A stretch of 8,933 bases of DNA from NCBI RefSeq assembly GCF_006345805.1, contig NW_021828133.1:1-8933 (forward strand), read 5' to 3'. Origin of the DNA: Octopus sinensis (Eukaryota). Position numbers and translations under genes: made by a program. Of the stretch, positions 1 to 6,715 are shown piece by piece (the stretch's first letter is position 1; the number at the start of each line of letters is the position of its first letter). The notes under the pieces are model-generated. The model was not told where the DNA came from. It did no database searches and was given only the letters and a program-made list of their open reading frames with translations.

Positions 1-54
1 GACCCCCCCTCCCTCAAGAATTTCAGGTTTTGTGCCTCTAGTTGAAATGATTAT
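1..54 (+). mobile_element. 3' end of a family 1 tRNA-derived SINE copy, cut by the window edge
   Basis: ATTTCAGGTTTTGTGCC (20-36) is identical to 242-258 in the next copy. It is preceded by the C-rich CCCCTCCC motif found near the 3' end of the other copies (226-237, 612-621, 4109-4118). Confidence 0.8.
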
Positions 55-56
55 CA

Positions 57-267
57 AAAAGCGTCGAGATGGCAGAATTGTTAGTACGCCGGACGAAATG
101 CTTAGCGGTTTTTCGTCGGTCTTTACGTTCTGAGTTCAAATTCCGCTGAGGCCGACTTTGCCTGTCAGCCCTTCGCGGTCGATAAATCAAGGACCAGTCA
201 AGTACTAGGCCCAATGCGATCGACTTACCCCCTCCCCCAAGATTTCAGGTTTTGTGCCAATTGTAGG
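57..267 (+). mobile_element. Family 1 tRNA-derived SINE, near full length
   Basis: A-box-like TGGCAGAATTG (70-80) and B-box GTTCAAATTCC (134-144). The central GACTTTGCC...GTCGATAAA...ACCAG block and the 3' CCCCTCCCC-AAGATTTCAGG-TTGTGCC align with the copies at 269, 448, 3756 and 6322. From recall, the central block resembles the conserved domain of MetaSINE-type elements (unverified). Confidence 0.9.
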
Positions 268-268
268 A

Positions 269-447
269 AAAGGCTGTGAGCTGACAGAATCGTTAGCACG
301 CCGGACGAAATGCTTAGCGGTTTTTCGTCCGTCTTTATGTTCTGAGTTCAAATTCCTCCATGGTCGACTTTGCCTTTCCTCTAAAATGCTGGCCTTGTGC
401 GTTGGTTTGTCTATGTCCCTGTTACTTATTAAAAGCCATTATTATTT
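269..447 (+). mobile_element. Family 1 SINE, internally deleted and chimeric
   Basis: Head with B-box GTTCAAATTCC (346-356). After GACTTTGCCTTTC it jumps directly to the 3' part CTCTAAAATGCTGGCCTTGTGC. A 28-nt family 2 segment follows (401-428), then an AAAAGCCATTATTATT tail. Confidence 0.8.
401..428 (+). mobile_element. Short family 2 SINE fragment embedded in a family 1 copy
   Basis: GTTGGTTTGTCTATGTCCCTGTTACTTA matches the reverse complement of ~1716-1743 (GTTGGTTTGTTTATGTTTCCGTAACTTC) at 22 of 28 positions by eye. Confidence 0.6.
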
Positions 448-662
448 AAAGGATACGGGCTGGCAGAATCGTTAGCACACCAGACAAAATGTTTTGCAGC
501 ATTTCGCCCGTCTTTACGTTCAAATTCCGCCAAGTCGATATTGCCTTCCATCATTTGGGGATCGATAAAATAAATACCAGTTGAACACCGGAGTTGATGA
601 AATCGATTAGACCCCCTCCCCACAAATTGCAGGCACTGTGCCAAATTTCGAAACCGTTATTG
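448..662 (+). mobile_element. Family 1 SINE, more diverged full-length copy
   Basis: GGGCTGGCAGAATCGTTAGCAC head. A 7-nt microhomology deletion (TACGTTCTGAGTTCAAA to TACGTTCAAA) leaves the B-box intact. Central and 3' blocks are present, ending GTGCCAAATTTCGAAACCGTTATT. Confidence 0.85.
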
Positions 663-728
663 TTGTGATTATTGTTGCTGTTGCCGTTACTGCCACTGCT
701 GCTATTGACAATGATGATGATGATGATG
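655..728. repeat. Mosaic trinucleotide tail (ATT/GTT/GCT) ending in (GAT)n
   Basis: Read directly; it continues the ATT-type tail of the SINE at 448-662. Confidence 0.8.
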
Positions 729-832
729 CATGTAATCTGTATAATTGTATCAATAGAAAGAAAGAAGAAAGAAAGAAAGAAAAATTTGTGAGGGCGTGAG
801 AAAATTTTGATGGAAGACAAGGAGCGTAACGC

Positions 833-889
833 AAGAAGAAGAAGAAGAAGAAGAAGAAGAAGAAGAAGAAGAAGAAGAAGAAGAAGAAG
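833..889. repeat. (AAG)19 microsatellite within a purine-rich tract (~765-910)
   Basis: Perfect AAG array read directly, with (AAAG)n at ~765-783. Confidence 0.97.
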
Positions 890-1049
890 GGTGGAGGGAG
901 AGAAAGAAATATGAATTTGTGATATTACTTAACGATTGCATATAAGGGAGTAGAAGTGGGAGATGGTGTTGTATTATTGTGAGGATACAGGTTATTACAG
1001 GGATAATAATACAGATTATAATGATGATAATTAACTCTTCACTGAAACA

Positions 1050-1215
1050 CGCGATGGCAGACAACTTCCTGTCGACGCCATATTGGAGCTCACGTTGAAT
1101 GAAAGAAAAGAAAACAGAACCGAAAACACTTGATCGGCGTTTCCTCTACAACTATAAAATTATTTGTTCCAAGACTGAGGTTTAGAAAATGGAAGAAGAC
1201 CGGCCGAGTTTGGTA
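1050..1215. promoter_or_regulatory. Candidate promoter node: ETS + YY1 motifs, TATA-like element, locally CpG-rich
   Basis: ACTTCCTGT (1064-1072, ETS-like) lies next to CGCCATATTG (1076-1085, YY1-like). TATAAAA is at 1153-1159. There are about 10 CpG in 170 bp. Composition switches from A/G-rich on the left to T-rich on the right. Confidence 0.4.
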
Positions 1216-1571
1216 TCATTGCCGTTTTTTAGCGCATTTTTATGTTGGTAAAATTCTTTATTTTCTAGGTTTTTGTCGATTTTTTCGTTAGAAATTTAAG
1301 TTTTATAAAATATTAGAACTTTTTTCTTTATGTTAGAGTTTTCTCTCGTGTTTTTTTTTATGTTGGAATTTTGTAGCCGTCGTTGCTTCAGTTTTTTGCC
1401 ATTTATTTTCTTCTACTACAAAAACATTTTTCTATTCTTTCGATACTATTTTAACGTTTGTCTTTTTTGTTACGTATCCTGGACTTTTTTTTATTTTTAG
1501 TAATTTTTGCGTTGCAATATTTTTGAGTTTTGACAAGAATCGAACATAGGAGTTTTTTTATACATTTCGTA

Positions 1572-1908
1572 TTCTTCATCTTTTCTTTCACTTGTTTTTG
1601 TCATTGAACTGTCGCGATGCTGGAGCGCCGCCTTAAAGGGGTTTTGCCGAATGATCGACACAAGTTATTTCATAAAGCCTGGCACTTATATTGTCGATCA
1701 TTTTGCCGAACTGCGAAGTTACGGAAACATAAACAAACCAACAGTGGCTATCAAGTGTGGTGGGAACAAATACAGACACAAAAGATACACACACACACAC
1801 ACACACACACAAATATATGCATGTGTGTGGGGGTGTACGGTGGTTTCCTCTCAGTTTCCTTCAACCAAATCCGCTAAAAAGCCCATCGTCGACCCGGTGC
1901 TATCGTAG
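1572..1908 (-). mobile_element. Family 2 SINE-like element, 5'-truncated, with internal (CA)n/(TA) microsatellite
   Basis: Aligns with 2146-2268 on the same strand and with 6108-6145 and 401-428 on the opposite strand. It matches my recollection of a common Octopus SINE body and 3' end (GCTCCAGCATGGCCGCAGT...AAACAAGTAAAAGA on the element strand). No tRNA head is visible beyond ~1908. Confidence 0.8.
1787..1811. repeat. (AC)12 microsatellite inside the family 2 SINE
   Basis: Read directly. Confidence 0.95.
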
Positions 1909-2145
1909 TATTATTGTTCTCGCGTTTATTAGCTGGGTTCTACGTTCCTTGTGTTGCATGGATTCTTACGTTTTCCCGATTCCTTCCCATTATTAAGCCG
2001 CAGTGATTGAGCTCCTAACGTTAAAATTCTTCGATTCTTACATTTGGAAATTTCCAGTTCTTTCACTGGTGTGCTTCAGAGTTAACATTTCAAACGGGTG
2101 ACATTTTACAACAAACATAAGTGTACATCTTTTCCCTCTATTATG

Positions 2146-2268
2146 TTTTCCTTGTTCCAATCATTGGACTGCAGCCATGCAATAAATCAACCCCACCCAT
2201 TATCTTTTAAGTCGGGCACTTATTTTTATTGGTCTTTTTTGCCGCGCTGCTAAGTTAAGAGCATGTAA
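2146..2268 (-). mobile_element. Family 2 SINE 3' fragment
   Basis: CTTGTTCCAATCATTGGACTGCAGCCATGC aligns with CTTGTTTTTGTCATTGAACTGTCGCGATGC (1591-1620). GGCACTTAT...TTTTGCCG...TGCTAAGTTA aligns with 1681-1721. Confidence 0.75.
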
Positions 2269-2385
2269 TCACTCTGAATTGATAAAATGGTAATCTTTAC
2301 GGTCGGACATTCTAACTTCTTCGCTTTTCTGTCTTGGCAATGATTCCAGCAGCCGCATGCCCCCACACCACCACCACCCTAGCCT

Positions 2386-2634
2386 TGTCAAACAATTTCT
2401 TTGGCGAAAGAACTCTGGGAGGAAAAGGAAGCTAAATGCTCGATCATTAATAGGTGACAAATATGTATCGATATATCGATATATTGACAAGGTAGTAGGT
2501 TTCTTCTTGTTGCTCTTGTTGTGCGGTTTTGTCACGTGCTTGTAAACCGGATGAAGTGGTGCCAACTCGAAGAAAAGACCAAGAAAAACAAACATCACGA
2601 ATCAAAACGAAAAGAAAACCGCTCCTTATTGACA
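2386..2634. promoter_or_regulatory. Candidate enhancer-like motif cluster
   Basis: Five TGACA/TGTCA sites (2386, 2455, 2485, 2530, 2630), the palindrome TATCGATATATCGATA (2466-2481), E-box GTCACGTG (2531-2538) and ETS-like ACCGGATG (2546-2553), all in non-repetitive sequence. Confidence 0.3.
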
Positions 2635-2789
2635 CTCTGTGTTTTATTAATTGCTCTAGAGGTTTGTGAGTGTGTTTTTTACGACGTTCCATCGTTTTAG
2701 GTGTTGTTTACTTATTTGTTTGTTTCATTTGGATTTCATTTTCTTTTGTTTTCTTCATGTCTCAGTGGCTTGCTGCGTTTCAATAACAC

Positions 2790-2890
2790 CGTTTCTTTCT
2801 TTCTCTGTCTTCCTCTCTCTCTCCCTTTCTCTCTCTCTCTTTCTCAGTCTTTCTCTGTCTTTCACTTTCTCGCTCTCTATCTCTTACGCT
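2790..2890. repeat. (CT)n-rich polypyrimidine tract
   Basis: Read directly. Confidence 0.9.
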
Positions 2891-3017
2891 CTTGTTGTTT
2901 ACCTTTCTCTCCACATATGGTAATGTGGTGATGTAGCTACCATTTACAAAGGTGTGTGTGAGAGTTCATGTGTCTGTGTGCGAGCGTGCGTTTCTGTCTG
3001 TCCTTTTCTAGCTTCCC

Positions 3018-3027
3018 ATATATATAT

Positions 3028-3058
<31 letters not shown>

Positions 3059-3201
3059 GCATGTCTGTATGTATATATATATATATATTATATATATATG
3101 TGTGTGTGTGTATGTATGTTGTATGTATGGTATGTATGTATGTATGTAATGTATGTATGTATGTATGTATGTATGTATGTATGTATGTATGTGTGTATGT
3201 A

Positions 3202-3264
<63 letters not shown>

Positions 3265-3269
3265 TACAC
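3018..3269. repeat. Compound microsatellite (TA)n-(TG)n-(TATG)n-(TA)n-(CA)n
   Basis: Read directly; it explains the YIYI/MYVC low-complexity ORFs. Confidence 0.97.
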
Positions 3270-3339
3270 TCAGAAATATATAGCTAAGTATTTACCTATC
3301 TATCGATCCATATATTTACTTATCTGTACGTCAATCTAT

Positions 3340-3735
3340 CAACCAATTTATTTATCTATCTATCTCTTTCTTTCTCTCTCTCTCTCTCTCCCACTCTCTC
3401 TCTCTCTCTTTCTCTCTCTCTCAAACTCACAAACAAACTAACAAGCCAACTAGTCAGCTATTTCTCTGCATCATCCTCTTGCTTTCATCTTTACTTCTTC
3501 TTCATCCATTTTTCTCCTTTTCTCTCTCTTTCAGACTCTCCATCAAAATCTCATTCAGCTTCCAGTCATCTCATTATTCGCCGTTTATTCTTTTAACCCC
3601 TTCCCCACCTTTCTCGCCATTTCTTTCTCCATCTTTATCTCCCAAGTTTTATTTCTCTTCTCCTTTGCTTTCTTTCTGCCTCTCTGCCTCATTATTTCTT
3701 TATCCTCTTCTTCTTTGTCTATTTCTCAGTCCCAC
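3340..3735. repeat. (TCTA)/(CT)n and pyrimidine-rich low-complexity tract
   Basis: Read directly. Confidence 0.85.
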
Positions 3736-3755
3736 CCAATATACCCTTAGCTTTA

Positions 3756-4161
3756 AGGCGACGAGCTGGCAGAACCGTCAGCATGCCGGACGAAATGCTT
3801 AGCGGTATTTCGTCTGTCATTATGCTCTGAGTTCAAATTCCGCCGAGGTCGACTTTGCATTTCATCCTTTCGAGGTCGATTAAATAAGTACCAGTTACGC
3901 ACTGGGGTCGATATAATCGACTTAATCCCTTTGTCTGTCCTTGTTTGTCCCCTCTGTGTTTAGCCCCTTGTGGGTAGTAAAGAAATAGGTATTTCGTCTG
4001 CCGTTACGCTCTGAGTTCAAATTCCATCGAGGTCGACTTTGCCTTCCATCCTTTCGGGATCGATAGATTAAGTACCAGTTGCGTACTGGGGTCGATCTAA
4101 TCGACTGACCCCCTCCCCAAAAATTTCGCGACTTGTGCTTAGATTAGACAAAAAAGAATAA
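3756..4161 (+). mobile_element. Dimeric family 1 SINE with 13-bp target-site duplication
   Basis: The left unit starts AGGCGACGAGCTGGCAG and has a B-box at ~3831-3841. A ~60-nt linker follows (3926-3987). The right unit starts mid-head at GGTATTTCGTCTG (3988) and has its own B-box and 3' end. The direct repeat ACCCTTAGCTTTA flanks the whole at 3743-3755 and 4162-4174. Confidence 0.92.
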
Positions 4162-4174
4162 ACCCTTAGCTTTA

Positions 4175-4428
4175 TCTCTCTTTTCCCTTCTTTCTGTCCC
4201 TAAACCCAACCCTTTCTCTCGCTCCTGCTCTCTCTCTCTTTCTCTTCCCCCTCTCTCTCTCACTCTCTCTCTCTCTCCCTCTCTCTTACACACACACACA
4301 CATTTATACACATACACAGAGAGTTTCTTTATCGCCGTTTCCCTGTCTCTTTGTTTCTCAATCTCTCTATGTCCATGGCATTATCTTCATTCCCTTCACT
4401 CTATCTCTAACCCCCATCTCTTTCCCCG

Positions 4429-4464
<36 letters not shown>

Positions 4465-4500
4465 CATCTCTCTTCTCCTTTATCTCTCTGTTTCTCTTTT
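4175..4500. repeat. (CT)n and (CA)n low-complexity tract
   Basis: Read directly. Confidence 0.9.
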
Positions 4501-4577
4501 CTTGAAAATTTTATTTAAACGGTTGCACAAAGTTTGACACTCAACAAGAAATAATCGACAAATAACATTTACGGCAA

Positions 4578-4662
4578 AAGCAGCAGCAGCAGCAGTAACA
4601 GCCACCATCACCACGACCACGACCATCACCCTCAGCACCCCCCCCCACCACCACCACCACCA
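4578..4662. repeat. (GCA)n and (CAC)n/C-run mosaic
   Basis: Read directly. Confidence 0.85.
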
Positions 4663-4773
4663 GTAGTAAAGAAAGAAGAACAAGGACAATAAACCAAGAG
4701 CAACAATTGCGAACTATTTTTCATTCTCTCACGTCGAGTAAAAAAAAATATCAAACGGGGAAAAAGAAAAAAA

Positions 4774-4791
4774 TGTGTGTGTGTGTGTGTG

Positions 4792-4834
<43 letters not shown>
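4774..4834. repeat. (TG)n microsatellite, about 30 units with one interruption
   Basis: Read directly. Confidence 0.97.
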
Positions 4835-4837
<3 letters not shown>

Positions 4838-4839
4838 TA

Positions 4840-5029
4840 AAATAAACAAGAACAATGAAAAATACAAACAACAAAACAATAAAATATTTACGAAAAAAAT
4901 ACAATACAAAAACAAAAATCACTTCATGCTAAAATAAAAAACAAAAACAATGATAAAACTTTTAACAACAAAACACAAACAATAAACAAACACGAACAAC
5001 AAAAACAAAGAACAAACGGTAAACAAACA
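4840..5029. repeat. A-rich (AAAC/AAC-type) low-complexity tract
   Basis: Strong A/C bias on +, read directly. Confidence 0.8.
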
Positions 5030-5220
5030 TTGACGTCAAGGTGTCAACAAGCAGCGTTCATGAATTTCTTATCGGAGTCTCTTTTGTTTTGATTTTTTGT
5101 TAAGATTTTCGCTGTCAAAATGGCCGCTAAGTTACCGCTCTCCGGTGCAGCCGAGTGGCGTTAATACAATTCTGCCAAATTCCTACAGAATCGATGCTGT
5201 TTTGGTTACACCCCTCGACA
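5019..5220. promoter_or_regulatory. Candidate promoter node: CRE palindrome + YY1-like motif
   Basis: GTAAACAAACA (5019-5029, forkhead-like), TTGACGTCAA (5030-5039, perfect CRE palindrome), AGGTGTCA (5039-5046) and CAAAATGGCCGC (5116-5127, YY1-like). CpG is locally enriched, and composition switches from A-rich on the left to T-rich on the right. Confidence 0.4.
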
Positions 5221-5254
5221 CAAAACTCTATCAATACATTCCTTTCTTTGTTGT

Positions 5255-5570
5255 TATTTCTATTATTTATTGTTCTGGTTGTTGTTATTGTTGTTGTTTT
5301 CTTTCTTTCTTTCTCTCTCTTTCTCTTTCTTCTCCCCCCCCCTTGCTTCGTTCTGCGATTGTTCACACAAAGAAGACAATTTCAATCACTTTTCTTTCCT
5401 TCCAACTCTTCGCTGCGATTCTACCATCGTTGCTGACGACATTTTAAACTCTGTCCTTCCCCTCTCTCTCTCTCTCTCTCTCTTTCTCTCGCTATTCATC
5501 TATCTCTCTCCTTCTCCCTCTTTTTCTCTCCTTGTCACCCCGCTCTCCTCTCTCCTCTTCCCGCCGCTCT
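5255..5570. repeat. (TTG)/(TTTC)/(CT)n tracts separated by a short unique segment
   Basis: Read directly. Confidence 0.85.
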
Positions 5571-5680
5571 CTTTTCCTAACGCAACACTTACCAATGCTA
5601 TTCTTCATAACTCGATGACAGTTCTGTCACTTCGTTTTAAAACATTTACTCGCAACGTACGAACCTTTAAATGGCTAATC

Positions 5681-5860
5681 ACTCAGCTAGATATAACAAC
5701 CAAAGCCTCCTCAAACTACACCTTTACGCTCTTGAATAAAGAAGGATACATCAAGTCTTAGATGTTCTTTATACGACAGGGTGGTCACAGTCGAAATGTC
5801 CTTCAGAGCACGTTCCCATCACTCAGGGTTGGCCTGAGTTTAAACAACAACGACAACAAC
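5681..5860 (+). mobile_element. Family 3 retroposon 3' portion with (AAC)n tail, copy A
   Basis: GCTAGATATAACAACCAAAGCCTCCTCAAA and GGTCACAG...CCTGAGTTTAAACAACAAC align with copy B (GCTAGAAATAGTAACTAGCTCTCCCCCAAA and GGTCATAG...CCTGGGGCTGAACAACAAC). Confidence 0.6.
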
Positions 5861-5880
5861 TTCTTCACAAGAATGAGCTT

Positions 5881-6073
5881 GTACTCGACTTGCTAGAAAT
5901 AGTAACTAGCTCTCCCCCAAAGCAATCCCTCCAATCATGGAAAGACGATGCTTTTTTATAATGTTGTAGAAGTTATACTACTCCTGAACATAAAGGTCAT
6001 AGCTGGAACGCCGTTGATCATAGATCTGCTCGATCTGGACTAACCTGGGGCTGAACAACAACAACAACAACAA
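5881..6073 (+). mobile_element. Family 3 retroposon 3' portion with (AAC)6 tail, copy B
   Basis: Diverged similarity to copy A. It ends ACCTGGGGCTGAACAACAACAACAACAAC, which resembles a common Octopus repeat end from recall. Confidence 0.65.
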
Positions 6074-6107
6074 AAATAACTTCTTCCACATTCACTTTTA
6101 TGGTGAA

Positions 6108-6145
6108 TGTTCCAACATGGCCGCAGTAAAACAAGTAAAAGAATA
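6108..6145 (+). mobile_element. Family 2 SINE 3' end fragment leading into (TACA)n
   Basis: The reverse complement TATTCTTTTACTTGTTTTACTGCGGCCATGTTGGAACA aligns with ~1580-1627 and 2146-2175, with an internal ~10-nt deletion. Confidence 0.7.
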
Positions 6146-6261
6146 CATACATACATACATACATACATACATACATACATACATACATACATACATACAT
6201 TCATACATACATACATACATACATACATACATACATACATACATACATACATACATACATA
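6143..6261. repeat. (TACA)n microsatellite, about 29 units with one interruption
   Basis: Read directly. Confidence 0.97.
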
Positions 6262-6321
6262 GTTTACTCTTCCGCTACAGGTGCTCTGTCGAGTGAGAGA
6301 AAAATAATCAATATACATATT

Positions 6322-6420
6322 AAGGCGGCGAGCTGGCAGAAACGTTAGCACGCCGGGCGAAATGCTTTACGGTATTTCATCTGCCGCTACGTTCTGAGTT
6401 CAAATTCCACCGAGGTCGAC
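6322..6420 (+). mobile_element. Family 1 SINE, tRNA-like head only (3'-truncated)
   Basis: AAGGCGGCGAGCTGGCAGAAACGTTAGCACGCCGG...GTTCTGAGTTCAAATTCCACCGAGGTCGAC, after which similarity stops abruptly. Confidence 0.9.
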
Positions 6421-6506
6421 ATTTAATATACACAATTTATAAAAGAACTACGAGTTTCATACTGCAGAGATACGATAATTTGGCACATTCATATATCTAT
6501 CTATCC

Positions 6507-6529
6507 ATATATATATATATATATATATA
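6507..6529. repeat. (TA)n microsatellite
   Basis: Read directly. Confidence 0.95.
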
Positions 6530-6574
6530 CAGAGCAGGGATAAGAAATTACAAAGGAAATTATATCATGAGGTT

Positions 6575-6627
6575 CATCAGCTTACAGCTGTTTCGGCTAT
6601 AATATGCATTGCACTCATAGTTGGATG
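6575..6627 (-). ncRNA. Degenerate type I hammerhead ribozyme-like motif, probably a Penelope-like terminal repeat remnant
   Basis: The minus strand reads CATCCAACT-ATGA-GTGC...GCC-GAAAC-AGCT-GTA-AGCTGATG. GAAAC, a palindromic AGCT loop and a GUA site are intact, and the flanks pair. The C3U4G5 part of the core is missing. Confidence 0.4.
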
Positions 6628-6659
6628 CTTGTGTATCACCTATCATCTTCGAAGCTTCG

Positions 6660-6661
<2 letters not shown>

Positions 6662-6707
<46 letters not shown>

Positions 6708-6715
6708 ACACACAC
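6662..6715. repeat. (CA)n microsatellite
   Basis: Read directly. Confidence 0.97.

Noticed and set aside
57-150. tRNA gene call for the A-box/B-box regions (also 269, 448, 3756, 6322)
   Set aside because: There is no acceptor stem or canonical cloverleaf, the anticodon-arm region is expanded, and most copies continue into a shared SINE body.
1-662. CRISPR-like or prokaryotic repeat array
   Set aside because: The units are ~210-bp diverged SINE copies without unique spacers, in a eukaryotic context with no cas genes.
1617-1996. Three overlapping plus-strand ORFs with complex-looking sequence (e.g. MIDTSYFIKPGTY...)
   Set aside because: They lie largely on the antisense strand of the family 2 SINE (1572-1908) and run through its (CA)n tract.
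2490-2501. AGGTAGTAGGTT, a 12-nt match to let-7 positions 3-14
   Set aside because: The 5' TG and the 3' half do not match, and no precursor hairpin is visible.
2357-2545. ORF MPPHHHHPSLVKQFLWRKNSGRKRKL... with His run and basic NLS-like patch
   Set aside because: It is short, the His run comes from a (CAC)n repeat, and there is no convincing splice context or known family.
4628-4662. G-quadruplex/i-motif potential in C-runs (also 7940-7975 and 8085-8100)
   Set aside because: Mostly two-tier or irregular runs derived from simple repeats, with nothing to indicate function.
6440-6460. GAAAC-TC-GTA on the minus strand as a third hammerhead
   Set aside because: There is no CUGANGA-like core or helix II upstream, and the loop is not palindromic.
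6648-6661. 14-bp palindrome TTCGAAGCTTCGAA as a heat-shock element
   Set aside because: Only two correctly spaced nGAAn units are present (GAAgcTTC); a canonical HSE needs three.
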